The notes under the pieces are model-generated. The model searched no databases. It saw only the letters and a list, made by a program, of their open reading frames with translations, and was not told where the DNA came from. DNA of 64,000 bases, from assembly GCA_028288925.1 (NCBI GenBank), contig JAQGHG010000019.1, positions 72,047 through 136,046 of the forward strand, read 5' to 3'. Below, in pieces: positions 39,059-48,913 of this stretch. The stretch comes from Patescibacteria group bacterium. GTDB taxonomy: Bacteria; Patescibacteriota; Saccharimonadia; UBA4664. The position numbers and the translations under genes were made by a program. How positions within the stretch are numbered: the stretch's first letter is position 1; each line of letters starts with the position of its first letter.

Positions 39059-39604
39059 TTAGTTCGGCGATTGTGTCGACCCGCCGCCGTATTTACTCAG
39101 TACCCGCACCAGCTGCTCATGCACCTCCACCGGCTTGTGAACCGTCTTCATTTCCAGCGTACCGAGGTACGTCCGCGCGGTAATATCCCCAAATCCAAAC
39201 AGCACCGCCTGAAAGCCGTTAATATGGTAATTTACATTCGAAATATCATCGAGCTGCCACTCGTCCACTTTGCGGTTAAAAAACCCTTTTTGCTTAATCG
39301 CCAAGATCCGCCGGTCGGTCACGATATACATCGTGTAATACCACCCCACCCAGCGATAAAACCACGCCAGGAACACTATCACGGGTATCCCCAGCGCGAT
39401 CTTCGTCAGGAAAGCCGCAGCCGCCGGTGAGCTGTAAATCTGCGGGAAATCCAACGGCAACACGCCCACCAAGATCACCAACAACCCTAGAATGAGTGCT
39501 TTGCGCATCACCAGCGGATGCTGACGGAACAAAAATATAACCTCTTCGCCATCGTGCTGGCCGGGAAACTGTTGGTCGGATTGGGTAGGCTCTTTTCCGC
39601 TCAT
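39059..39604 (-). CDS. Membrane protein with bacterial PH domain
   Basis: Two TMs, YIVTDRRI...GFF, FGFGDI. Confidence 0.8.
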   Translation of the reverse strand: MSGKEPTQSDQQFPGQHDGEEVIFLFRQHPLVMRKALILGLLVILVGVLPLDFPQIYSSPAAAAFLTKIALGIPVIVFLAWFYRWVGWYYTMYIVTDRRILAIKQKGFFNRKVDEWQLDDISNVNYHINGFQAVLFGFGDITARTYLGTLEMKTVHKPVEVHEQLVRVLSKYGGGSTQSPN

Positions 39605-39619
39605 GGTTTGATTATAGCA

Positions 39620-39662
39620 GGAGGCTCCTCCCGCGAGGAGGCTCCTGCCGCGGGGAGGCTCC
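39620..39662. repeat. GGAGGCTCC array, 3 copies
   Basis: Copies at 39620, 39637, 39654, between two divergent -10 elements. Confidence 0.85.
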
Positions 39663-39685
39663 CTATGCTACAATGCTACCGCCCA

Positions 39686-39761
39686 GCCCCAGTAGCTCAG
39701 TGGATAGAGCGTCTCCGTCCTAAGGAGAGCGTCGGGGGTTCGATTCCCTCCTGGGGTACCA
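39686..39761 (+). tRNA. tRNA-Arg(CCT)
   Basis: GCCCCAG...TCTCC-GTCCTAA-GGAGA...GGTTCGATTCC...CCA. Confidence 0.93.
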
Positions 39762-40101
39762 AAGGATTTATTAGACCATTATCAAACAGCTGGCCGTCAT
39801 CACCCAATTTATCGCCGGTGAGTGTGGGCCAGAATGTTACTATTGACAATATCAGCTATTCGTGTAACAATGTCTCTGTTCATCTCTTGCCCACCGTACG
39901 ACCAGCGTTAGGCTCCGGAAACATCGCGAACTCTAGCGACAACCGGAACCTTATTGCTACCAGCGGCCGGGTTGTTCAATCAGAACATGCTTCTGAGACA
40001 AACTTCCCAACGCTTTCGCTACCGAGGCAAAGCGGCTCGTGCTTCCAAGCTCCATCCATCGGTCCGCTAATGCGGCCACCAAGTAGGAAGAAGGAAACCG
40101 T

Positions 40102-40449
40102 ATGGCCAAATCAGGTACCACTGAACACCAGCGATGGTTCAGCCCGGGTATTACGGTAGTCAGCAACGACTACCAACCGGCAACTGCACCTGAGCGCCAC
40201 CGCGGCTACAAGTCGCTCACGCGCGGAGACCTCACCAAGGCCGGCAAGGATTCGCTCAGGATCCTGGCAATCGGCGACGGCACAGTCCACTGTGTGATCA
40301 CCCAGATCACGGACATCTCCCCGGAAGGGGCTACCGAGTCCGATGTCGCCGTCGAGTTCAAGTGTGCAACCCGCACCGGTCAGCTGCTTCTCGGTCGCGT
40401 GAGTGTGGCCGAGTGCACCAGCTTCAGGCCGAGACAGTCCAACAAGTAG
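40102..40449 (+). CDS. Hypothetical protein
   Basis: AAGGA SD, long structured leader, hairpin downstream. Confidence 0.65.
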   Translation: MAKSGTTEHQRWFSPGITVVSNDYQPATAPERHRGYKSLTRGDLTKAGKDSLRILAIGDGTVHCVITQITDISPEGATESDVAVEFKCATRTGQLLLGRVSVAECTSFRPRQSNK

Positions 40450-40696
40450 AGATGTACTTCGGCCTCTGACGAACCGGGCAACCAGCCACCGTTCGACGGA
40501 GGCTGTTTGCTTTATAACGGGTTTTTATTGCGAAGACATGGTTACGTCTGTATAGCTTGAGTAATAACGCCTACCATATTTTGCAATCAGCATAATGAGT
40601 AGACACATAGACACCCCCGACAGGGACGCCCAAAGGTGTCTATGTCAGGGGTGTAAGCCCCCAGTGTACCGACTGCTTCATCGGCGTCCGGGGGGG

Positions 40697-41305
40697 TCAG
40701 CGAACCTTGCACCTCATGTTGCAGCAGCCGTCGCACGGGTTGCCGCAGTTGCCACTGGTGGTCCAGAGCAGGTCCAGCACGGGGCCGCGCTGGCGCATTG
40801 CGTTCACCGTGTCGGCCATGGTGTGCTCCGGCCGGCCATCGTCGAAGCCGTCCGGCAGCACCAGGCCCGTGGGCTCGTGGTGGAGGAACCGGCCGGCGAG
40901 CACGCGGCTGAGCACGGTGTACTGCTTGGTGGGCGACTTGAGCTGATGCCAGCCCCAGTCCACCAGCAGAGACGGGCCGAGGCCGGAGTTCTCGGCCGAT
41001 GCCTGGAGGAAGCCGAGCGCCTCGTTGAGGATGAGCTCGGCCAGCGCCGTGTCGGGGTCGGGGTCGGCGTAGCCGTGACCCTCGACAATCCCGGCGATCG
41101 CGGGACCCCAGAACTCGTTGGTCTTGTTGTCCTTGATGATGCCGGTAACGCACATGCCCCAGTACTGGTCGACCATAGCGGCCGCCCGGATCGGGTGCTC
41201 GTCGTAGTCGGTCACCAGCAGGCGGACCATCTCGTCACCATGCGTGTCGAGGAGCCCCTTGTAAGCCAGCGTGGCGCCGGCCTGCCTTGCGAGTACAGCG
41301 GTCAT
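40697..41305 (-). CDS. Glycine-rich-domain (GRDP/DUF1399-like) protein with Cys-rich tail
   Basis: PSLLVDWGWH...T.QY...GRFLHHEP motif; tail CGNPCDGCCNMRC. Confidence 0.65.
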   Translation of the reverse strand: MTAVLARQAGATLAYKGLLDTHGDEMVRLLVTDYDEHPIRAAAMVDQYWGMCVTGIIKDNKTNEFWGPAIAGIVEGHGYADPDPDTALAELILNEALGFLQASAENSGLGPSLLVDWGWHQLKSPTKQYTVLSRVLAGRFLHHEPTGLVLPDGFDDGRPEHTMADTVNAMRQRGPVLDLLWTTSGNCGNPCDGCCNMRCKVR

Positions 41306-41480
41306 GAACCGCTCCCTTCAATCGAGTGCGACTTTCGCACAAGATTGTAACATTATAATACCAGACACATATTAATACAATATTTTTGTGATTTTCTACA
41401 TTGAAAACCGCCGCACCCAGAGAATAAGGGTGCGACGGCCAATCACCGGATTTGCCCAACGGCAGCTCCGGAAGCGCACG

Positions 41481-42311
41481 TCACACCTTGCGCTTGCCAA
41501 CAGCAATGAGATACGACCGGCCCACAACGACACCGCTTGTGCCGGCGTGACGCCCGAAGAACGCGAGCAGGGCAGACCACAGTTCGTGCTCGCGATCCGG
41601 ACCCAGCCTAGCTCTCACGGCAACAGTTCGGGGAGACTTCTCCCAAAAAAGCCGCGTAAGTGCCTCCGGCGACTCACCTCGGATCGGACTATCGCCCGTG
41701 AAGAACTGGAGCTGGAAGGCTCCGCCGAGAAGAGAATCCACATACTCTGGATCACCCCACTCGAAGGGCGAGTTCTGGTCGGCCGGACCCCGCCCAGTGA
41801 ATTCCGCCTCGAGGTTGGCCAGCTCCAGAAAGCCCTCTTGCGGAGTCCAGGCGGAGATGGCGGCTTTTCCGCCGGGGCGACAGAGCCGCGTGATCTCGCC
41901 GGCCACTGCTTCATGATCGGGCGCGAACACGGCGCCGTGGGCTGACGTAACGACCTCAAATGACCCATCCGGGTAAGTCATCCTCTGGCAATCGCCGACG
42001 TCGAACGTTACGTTGAGCTCAGCCCCAGCTGCTTCAGCCCGAGCCAGCTCAATCATGCGTGGCGACAGATCTTGAGCGGTGACCTTGGCCCCTTGTCGGG
42101 CGGCCATCAGCGCGATGGTACCGGCTCCGCAAGCCACATCAAGCCACGGAGCGCCCGGACGCACCTGTCCTAGAGCCAGCATCATTCGCGGATGGAGGTT
42201 ACCCCCCAAACGTGCGGCAAGCTCCGGGTAGTCACCTCCACTCCAGTACTGGATTCGAGCTTCCAGCTCATCCTTTGCAGACACTCTGGTTCCTTCCGTG
42301 CGTAAGGACAA
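41481..42311 (-). CDS. Class I SAM-dependent methyltransferase
   Basis: LDVACGAG, DLSPRM, GD...YPDGSFEVV, RPGG. Confidence 0.9.
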   Translation of the reverse strand: MSLRTEGTRVSAKDELEARIQYWSGGDYPELAARLGGNLHPRMMLALGQVRPGAPWLDVACGAGTIALMAARQGAKVTAQDLSPRMIELARAEAAGAELNVTFDVGDCQRMTYPDGSFEVVTSAHGAVFAPDHEAVAGEITRLCRPGGKAAISAWTPQEGFLELANLEAEFTGRGPADQNSPFEWGDPEYVDSLLGGAFQLQFFTGDSPIRGESPEALTRLFWEKSPRTVAVRARLGPDREHELWSALLAFFGRHAGTSGVVVGRSYLIAVGKRKV

Positions 42312-42461
42312 TGACCTTTCAATCGTGCGGCAAACTACTGCACCTGATAATCGCAGGATCGATATGACCTAGCGTTTTTGCCTCACCAAGATGCAAAATA
42401 CATTATGAACTGATTTGGGTAATAATGCAATACTATAGCGTTGGCGATATAGATTATTCGT

Positions 42462-43085
42462 CTATTTATTCTTCGGATACCACTTCTTGGTATAAGCCAC
42501 CTCGGTCAGCACCGTCTCGTAATTCACGACCTCTTCCGGCTTAAACCAAATGGCCACTTCGCGTGCGTAGTTATCGGCGCTATCGCTGCCATGGATGATG
42601 TTCTTCACTGCCCAGTCGCCGGCATTCGAGACCTCGTACGACTCCATGCTGTAATCAAACCCGATCGTCCCGACTTCGGCCTGCAGGGGGCTCGTGTTGC
42701 CGCGGATCTTGCGCACCACCTCGATGACGTGCGCGCCCTCCAGCACCATCGCCACCACCGGGCCGGCCGTCAGGCCTTCCATGAGAGTGCGGCGGGTGTT
42801 AAGCCCGATGTCGCGAGGCTCAGCCGGGGGCGTCATACCCTTGGCCACATAGCTATCATAGGCACGCTTGCCGGAGGACATCAGCCACTCCTCGGTAGCC
42901 ACGTAGTGGTCCCCAGCCATTTTCTCGGTCGGCCACACCAGCTTGAGGGCCGCGATCTTGAGGCCCTTGCGCTCAAACCGCTGCAAAATCTCCCCTACCA
43001 GGTGGCGTGCCACCGCGTCGGGCTTTATCAACACCAAGCTTCGCTCGTGACGCAGCTCTTCTAATCGTTTCTCGTCGGGCTTCAT
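42462..43085 (-). CDS. ndk: Nucleoside-diphosphate kinase
   Basis: SLVLIKPDAV, GPVVAMVLEG, NIIHGSDS. Confidence 0.92.
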   Translation of the reverse strand: MKPDEKRLEELRHERSLVLIKPDAVARHLVGEILQRFERKGLKIAALKLVWPTEKMAGDHYVATEEWLMSSGKRAYDSYVAKGMTPPAEPRDIGLNTRRTLMEGLTAGPVVAMVLEGAHVIEVVRKIRGNTSPLQAEVGTIGFDYSMESYEVSNAGDWAVKNIIHGSDSADNYAREVAIWFKPEEVVNYETVLTEVAYTKKWYPKNK

Positions 43086-44377
43086 TATTTCTCCTTTGCC
43101 GTTACTGCTAACTTATTTTTAAAATGCTCAGCCGTCTTGTCCGGCTCGGGCGCGATGATCGCGAAGCGCAGGCGTTCCGGCGCCAGCATCTCGCCCGCCA
43201 CCCGCCGCACATCGGCCACCGTCACCGCCTCAATCTTGGCGATCGTCTCGTCGATCGGCTCCACCCGCCCCTGCAACACCAGCTGCAAAGCGATCCGGTC
43301 GGCGATCGAAGCGTTATTCTCCAAGCTCATCTCCAAACCAGCCGTCAATTGCTGTTGGGCCTTGCGCAGCTCCACTTCGGCCACCGGCTCCTGGCGAATC
43401 AGTTCCAGCTCGTGCAGCACCGAGTCCAGCGCCTGCACGGTCTTATCGAGATTAACCCCCGCGTAAGCCTCGAACAACCCCGTATCCACATATGAGTTCA
43501 CTTCTGAGTACACCGTATAAGCCAGACCCTGGCGCTCGCGCACATTCAGGAACAGCCGCGAGCTAGAACCCCGGCCCAATATCGCCGCCACTACCCGGGC
43601 CGCCGGTTCATCCGCGTCATCGTACGAATACCCCCGGGCCGCCACCATAAAGTGCGCCTGGGCCGTCGCCTTCTCGTGGGTCACCGCCAAGTCCCCCGCT
43701 TCTTCTAAGCTCACCGGCTCAAAAGCCGGCTGTTCCCCGGGTTGCAAGCCGGCCAAGACCTCACTCACTTGCTTCACCAGCTCATCGTGGTCTACCGCGC
43801 CGGCTGCCGCCACCACTAGGTTGTTCGGCCGGTACCGCTCGTGCAAATACGCCACGATGTCGTCGCGGGAAATCGTATTAATCACCTTCTCGGTACCAAT
43901 GATATCCCGCCCAAGGGGGTTATCCGGAAATATCAGCTGTGGCACCAGCGTGGCAATGAACCGCGACGGATCATCGCGAAACACGTTCATCTCCTCGATG
44001 ATCACACCCCGCTCCCGGTCGATCTCGGCCCCGTCCATCACGGGATTCTTCACCATATCGCACAAAATATCCACTGCTAGCCGCCCATGCCGCGCCGGCA
44101 CCTTGATGTAGAAAGAAGTCACATCCTCGCTCGTATAAGCGTTGTTATAGCCTCCAACCGCGTCCACCGCCTCAGCAATCGCCTGCGCACTGGGGTATTT
44201 TTTGGACCCCTTAAACAACAAGTGTTCCAAGAAGTGCGACACTCCGCCGTTCTTGGAATAGTCCTCAAACCGTGAACCAGTTCCGACTACAATATTTACC
44301 GTCAGGCTGCGGGCATCAGCCAGCTGGGCTGTCACGATCCGCAACCCGTTCTCGAGCTTAGTTTCTTTAATCTTCAA
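43085..44377 (-). CDS. M16-family (pitrilysin-like) zinc peptidase
   Basis: HFLEHLLFKG, NAYTS, SSRLF..VRE..GLAY. Confidence 0.93.
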   Translation of the reverse strand: MKIKETKLENGLRIVTAQLADARSLTVNIVVGTGSRFEDYSKNGGVSHFLEHLLFKGSKKYPSAQAIAEAVDAVGGYNNAYTSEDVTSFYIKVPARHGRLAVDILCDMVKNPVMDGAEIDRERGVIIEEMNVFRDDPSRFIATLVPQLIFPDNPLGRDIIGTEKVINTISRDDIVAYLHERYRPNNLVVAAAGAVDHDELVKQVSEVLAGLQPGEQPAFEPVSLEEAGDLAVTHEKATAQAHFMVAARGYSYDDADEPAARVVAAILGRGSSSRLFLNVRERQGLAYTVYSEVNSYVDTGLFEAYAGVNLDKTVQALDSVLHELELIRQEPVAEVELRKAQQQLTAGLEMSLENNASIADRIALQLVLQGRVEPIDETIAKIEAVTVADVRRVAGEMLAPERLRFAIIAPEPDKTAEHFKNKLAVTAKEK

Positions 44378-44380
44378 TTA

Positions 44381-45007
44381 TTACTCCTTCGCGCCTTCTG
44401 CGTTGCGCCCCTTGCGACGCTTGCGGTGCTGCTGGACATACCAGATTACAAACAGCACCATCGCCGCCAATACTACCACACCAATCTGCTTAATCCAGCG
44501 GTCGATCAGATCGATGTGGTCCCCCAGCACCGATCCCAGATATACCAGGCCACCGATCCACACGAGTTTACCCACGAATACCGCTATCAAAAAGCGCAAA
44601 TACTTCATCTGAGCGATACCCGCGACGTAGCCCACCAGACCCTGAATACCCGGTATGAACGCTCCTACCACCACCAACCAGCCGCCGTACTTCTCGAAGA
44701 GCTTCTGCGCCGCCTCCAGCTCCCGGTGCGAGATCAAGATGTACTTGCCATACCGCTCCACCAACACGAGCCCGCCAAACCGCGCCAGCAAATAGGCGCA
44801 CGTCACGCCCAGCAGCTGCATTCCCATGGCTACCACCAACAGAGTTACCAGATTCATCCGCCCCTGCGTTACCGCCACTCCGCCCAACGGCAGCAACAGC
44901 TCGCTGAGGCCCGGTACGCTCAAGCCGTTCAAAAACACGCCAATCCCGATCCCGAACACCCCCAGGTGATCCACCAAACTCGTCGCGATCCCCGAAAAAC
45001 TAGTCAT
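44381..45007 (-). CDS. DedA-family membrane protein
   Basis: LSELLLP.GG, FEKYG, FIPG. Confidence 0.88.
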   Translation of the reverse strand: MTSFSGIATSLVDHLGVFGIGIGVFLNGLSVPGLSELLLPLGGVAVTQGRMNLVTLLVVAMGMQLLGVTCAYLLARFGGLVLVERYGKYILISHRELEAAQKLFEKYGGWLVVVGAFIPGIQGLVGYVAGIAQMKYLRFLIAVFVGKLVWIGGLVYLGSVLGDHIDLIDRWIKQIGVVVLAAMVLFVIWYVQQHRKRRKGRNAEGAKE

Positions 45008-45083
45008 TTACATAATTCCTTTTAACAAAAGCCATACGAGGCCCATTATACCTAATTCCCCTCAACAAAACGAACAGGCCGGC

Positions 45084-46991
45084 TTACGAACCAGCCAGCC
45101 GCCTCACCTGCACCTCCAACGCCCGCCCCCGCAGACTCTTCGGATCCAACCGCAACGCCCTTTGGGCCGCCCCGCCCGCCTCGCGCAAGTTACCCTGCAC
45201 CAGATAACTATTACCCACCAATGCTTCTAGGTTGGCTAGCTTGGGCCGCAAGCTCTCATCCAGGTTGCGATTACTCACCACCGCGGCCGGATACAGCTTC
45301 AGCATCGCCCGCGCGGTATCCATGCTGCCGCGTGTATCCCCTGCCTGCATCTGGACCGTCGCCAGGTCGAGCGCGTATTCGGGATGGTTATACGGATCCA
45401 GCCGCAGAGCCGCCCGGAAAGCCGCCTCCGCGCCCCTCTGATCGCCCCGCACCGCCAGCGCCCGGCCCTCCAGCTGATGATGCTGGCCGTCATGCGGATC
45501 CAATGTCTCGGCCTGCCGTGCCCGGTCCAGGGCCAGCGCCGCTGCCGTTCGACCGTCCTTACCCCCGCTAACCGCCACCGCGTACAGCGCGATGCCATCG
45601 GCATTTATATAATCCGGATCGTACACCACCCCGCGGTGAGCAGCGGCGTACCGCTCCGCCGCCAGGCTATAATCCCCGTCTTCCTGTGCCACCCGCGCCC
45701 GCGCCGCCCAAATATTACTCTGATACATATTCATCAACGGCACCAGTAGCAAAACCGCTGTCGCCGGCCAACCCAACCGTACCTTCCCCCGCACCGGCCA
45801 CCATTGCCGGTAAATCGTCCCAAACAGAACCGCTGCCAGCATTAGCAGCGCCGGATAGCCCGCATCCACATCCACGCTCATATGCAGCAGTAGGCCGATC
45901 AAGCCGAGTAGCGCCGGTGTCATCTCCGGATGCGCCACCACCCCGCGCAGCGCACCTATCAGCAGCCACAGAAGCACCGCCGCCAACACCACCGCCCCCA
46001 CGATGCCCAGCTCGGCCAACACCTGCACATAGAGATTGTGAGCGTTGGTCGAGGCACTCACCACTCGCTGCTGGTACTGTGGATGCACGTCCCCATATGT
46101 GCCCGCGCCCATGCCGCCAAAGGGACGGTCAAACCACATCTCCAGCCCGCTTTCCATGAAGTTCAGCCGGTCCCTCAAACTATTCGATTCACCTGCCCGC
46201 GCCACCTGCACCGCCCGCGCGCCGGGGGCTAGAGAATTACTCTTGTGAACAAATAAAGTGCTCATGCTTACCAGTCCAAAACTGAGTCCAATTCCCATCA
46301 CCATACTGAACACAAATGTTATCCAAAACCTCCGCGGAGTAGGTACCACCAACAGATATAAAACCATGATTACACCCGCCACCAAAATCGCCGCCCGAGA
46401 GTTCGCCAGCATAAACGTAGCGATGAAAAATACCGTCAACGAGCCCCACATCCACGCCACTTTTCCCCAGCTCCGCCGTAATTTATCCACAGCCAAAACC
46501 AGTGCCGGAATCAAATAAGCCGCCGCCGGATTGGCCCAGTAAAAGGTCCCCGTCAACCGCTCATACGTACCCGTCATGTACATCACGATAGCCACCACCG
46601 AAAACACCGCCGCCGAGGCCAAATACGCCCGTACCAGCCATTCCCGCCCCTTGGGCTCCCCCGCCACTGTATAGGCCAGCCGAAACGCCAGCCCGGCCAT
46701 CAGCCACTGCGTCAGCCATACCGCCGTCGAGTACCGGTTGGCGCTCCACAGCAGGCTCAATACGGCAAAACCCATGAGCACAAACCAGCTCACCACCAGC
46801 GGTCCCCGCCGCAACTGACGTACCTCCGGCTGCCTCCAGGCCAAGAGCGCCCCCAGCAGCAGCGCACCACCGCTCACCAACATCGCAACCGGCTCCTGCC
46901 CGCCGCTCATCCACGGCGCCATCGCCACCGCCACGCACGCCACCAGCGTCCCCAAAATCACCGTCCGCATAGGTGGGCCTGTACGTTCCAT
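45084..46991 (-). CDS. O-antigen ligase/oligosaccharyltransferase-like protein with C-terminal TPRs
   Basis: Many TMs, NSRAA, G.GAG, AHNLYVQVLAELG, TPR repeats. Confidence 0.85.
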   Translation of the reverse strand: MERTGPPMRTVILGTLVACVAVAMAPWMSGGQEPVAMLVSGGALLLGALLAWRQPEVRQLRRGPLVVSWFVLMGFAVLSLLWSANRYSTAVWLTQWLMAGLAFRLAYTVAGEPKGREWLVRAYLASAAVFSVVAIVMYMTGTYERLTGTFYWANPAAAYLIPALVLAVDKLRRSWGKVAWMWGSLTVFFIATFMLANSRAAILVAGVIMVLYLLVVPTPRRFWITFVFSMVMGIGLSFGLVSMSTLFVHKSNSLAPGARAVQVARAGESNSLRDRLNFMESGLEMWFDRPFGGMGAGTYGDVHPQYQQRVVSASTNAHNLYVQVLAELGIVGAVVLAAVLLWLLIGALRGVVAHPEMTPALLGLIGLLLHMSVDVDAGYPALLMLAAVLFGTIYRQWWPVRGKVRLGWPATAVLLLVPLMNMYQSNIWAARARVAQEDGDYSLAAERYAAAHRGVVYDPDYINADGIALYAVAVSGGKDGRTAAALALDRARQAETLDPHDGQHHQLEGRALAVRGDQRGAEAAFRAALRLDPYNHPEYALDLATVQMQAGDTRGSMDTARAMLKLYPAAVVSNRNLDESLRPKLANLEALVGNSYLVQGNLREAGGAAQRALRLDPKSLRGRALEVQVRRLAGS

Positions 46992-47129
46992 TAGATTATT
47001 GTATCAGGCCCCTGCCCACTTCGAATCGTGCCTCTCGTACCAAATCAAATATTTTAGTCAAACTACGTTATAATGACATCCTCACTTGGCACCAGGCTAA
47101 GTGGGCTTCACGTCAAGAAGGTGACCGTT

Positions 47130-47414
47130 ATGGCTTCAGCCAAAAGGCTGCGCCGGATACCCGCAGCCGCAACATTTGCACTGCTACTCCTCACCGGCTG
47201 CGACCCCAACCCCGACCACCACGCGGGACCGGGAGACGTCTTCTTCAGGAAGCTTTTCCATGGTTCAAATACCAGTCAACCCGCCCCGCCGCGGCCCCAC
47301 CACTCCTCCAAGCCAGCACACACTGGCAAGGGATCGGGCGGCGAATCCAACCACAAGATCCACAGCTGGATCTGTGACCAACCGGTACACGACAAGGGAC
47401 CGTGCGGCGGCTAA
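47130..47414 (+). CDS. Small putative lipoprotein
   Basis: Lipobox LLTGC after a basic N-terminus; AAGGT SD; hairpin downstream. Confidence 0.6.
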   Translation: MASAKRLRRIPAAATFALLLLTGCDPNPDHHAGPGDVFFRKLFHGSNTSQPAPPRPHHSSKPAHTGKGSGGESNHKIHSWICDQPVHDKGPCGG

Positions 47415-47552
47415 ACCGCCATACGCCACACAGTCGCAAGGCACTCGGCCAGAGGGACACCCCCCTCCGGCCGAGTGCTATCGAAGACCTACGCAATTAT
47501 TCTCCTCTTAAAAATTGTGCGACATGGTATCCTATAACCATAAGGGGTACAC

Positions 47553-48479
47553 ATGGCCGAACTACACCTATCCGAACTTGTCACCGACTTCCTAGAGCAC
47601 CTGGAGATCGAACAGAACCGCTCGCAGAAGACAATCTCCAACTACGACCACTACCTCCAGCGGCTCGTCGAATTTTCCGATGATTGCGACATCGCCAAAC
47701 TCGACGCCGAGATGGTCCGCCAATGGCGCTTGCATCTCAACCGCCTGCGCGACAACCAAGGCCAAGAGCTCACCAAGACCACCCAAAATTATCACCTCAT
47801 CGCTCTGCGCAGTTTCCTCAGGTACCTCGCCAAACGCGACATCAAGGCGCTCGACAGTGCCAAGATCGAGCTCGCCAAGGTCGTGCGGCCGCAGGTGACC
47901 TTCCTGGAGACCGGCGAGGTCGAGCGGCTGCTCGGCGCCATCGACACTAGCAACCCCGCCGGTCTGCGCGACCGCGCCGTGGTCGAGCTGCTCTTCAGCG
48001 GCGGCCTGCGCGTGTCCGAGCTCGCCGGCCTCAACCGCGACCAGCTCAATCTCGAACGCCGCGAGTTTATGGTGCGCGGCAAGGGCCAGAAAGACCGCCC
48101 CATCTTCATCTCCGACCAAGCCGCCGGCTGGATCGGCCGCTACCTAGACACGCGCGAAGACACCGGCCGGCCGCTCTTCATCCACTACTCCGGCTCCCAA
48201 AACGACGACGAAGGCGGCATGTACCAGCGCCTCACCGTGCGCAGCGTACAACGGCTCGTCAAGCGCTACGCCAAGGCCGCCGGCATCATCAAGGACGTCA
48301 CGCCGCACACCCTGCGCCATAGCTTCGCCACCGACCTGCTCGTAAATGGCGCCGACCTACGCAGCGTCCAGGGCCTCCTCGGCCACGCCAACATCGCCAC
48401 CACCCAGATCTACACCCACATCACCGACCCCCAGCTCAAATCCGTCCACGACCGCTTCCACCGCAAGAACGAGTCCTAA
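47553..48479 (+). CDS. XerC/XerD-family tyrosine recombinase
   Basis: RDRA..ELL..GGLRVSEL, GKGQKDR, HTLRHSFAT, LLGH, TTQIY. Confidence 0.93.
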   Translation: MAELHLSELVTDFLEHLEIEQNRSQKTISNYDHYLQRLVEFSDDCDIAKLDAEMVRQWRLHLNRLRDNQGQELTKTTQNYHLIALRSFLRYLAKRDIKALDSAKIELAKVVRPQVTFLETGEVERLLGAIDTSNPAGLRDRAVVELLFSGGLRVSELAGLNRDQLNLERREFMVRGKGQKDRPIFISDQAAGWIGRYLDTREDTGRPLFIHYSGSQNDDEGGMYQRLTVRSVQRLVKRYAKAAGIIKDVTPHTLRHSFATDLLVNGADLRSVQGLLGHANIATTQIYTHITDPQLKSVHDRFHRKNES

Positions 48480-48586
48480 ATCCACCACCCCGCTTAAGCT
48501 TGCAGGGACAACCTGTTCTCATTTACATTCCTAATTACCGTTTTCGGTAAACGGAAATTAGGTTACGAAAAAGGAAAGGTGCCACC

Positions 48587-48913
48587 CTGAAACAAAGCCC
48601 CACACCCTTACCCAAGGATCCTTACTACAAGCAAATTGCGCCCATCTTAAAAGCGCTGGGCCATCCTATTCGCCTCGAAATCGCCTATACCCTTACGGTA
48701 GACGGCGAGTGCACCGCCGGTGCTCTTGCCGAAGCCCTAGAATATCCCGCAGCCATCATTTCAAAACACCTTACGATCCTACGCCAAGCCGAAATCATCA
48801 GCCTCACAGTCAAGCACCCCTACCACACCTATCGCCTGACCAACCCCTGGGCAAAAAACCTGCTCAAGGCAAATATGGACAACCCGTACTCGTCGAATCG
48901 ATCAACCCGTTAA
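48587..48913 (+). CDS. ArsR-family regulator with non-canonical (CTG) start; missing from ORF track
   Basis: Manual translation ...ILKALGHPIRLEIA...LAEAL...ISKHLTILRQAEII...YRL; AAGGAAAGG 7 nt before CTG. Confidence 0.75.
   Translation: MKQSPTPLPKDPYYKQIAPILKALGHPIRLEIAYTLTVDGECTAGALAEALEYPAAIISKHLTILRQAEIISLTVKHPYHTYRLTNPWAKNLLKANMDNPYSSNRSTR

Noticed and set aside
39762-42460. Prophage or integrative element at tRNA-Arg
   Set aside because: No integrase, phage genes or duplicated tRNA 3' end found; only accessory genes
47553-48479. Integron integrase with ORFan cassettes
   Set aside because: Protein looks like chromosomal XerC/D without the IntI-specific insertion; ORFan hairpins lack the RYYYAAC/GTTRRRY attC ends
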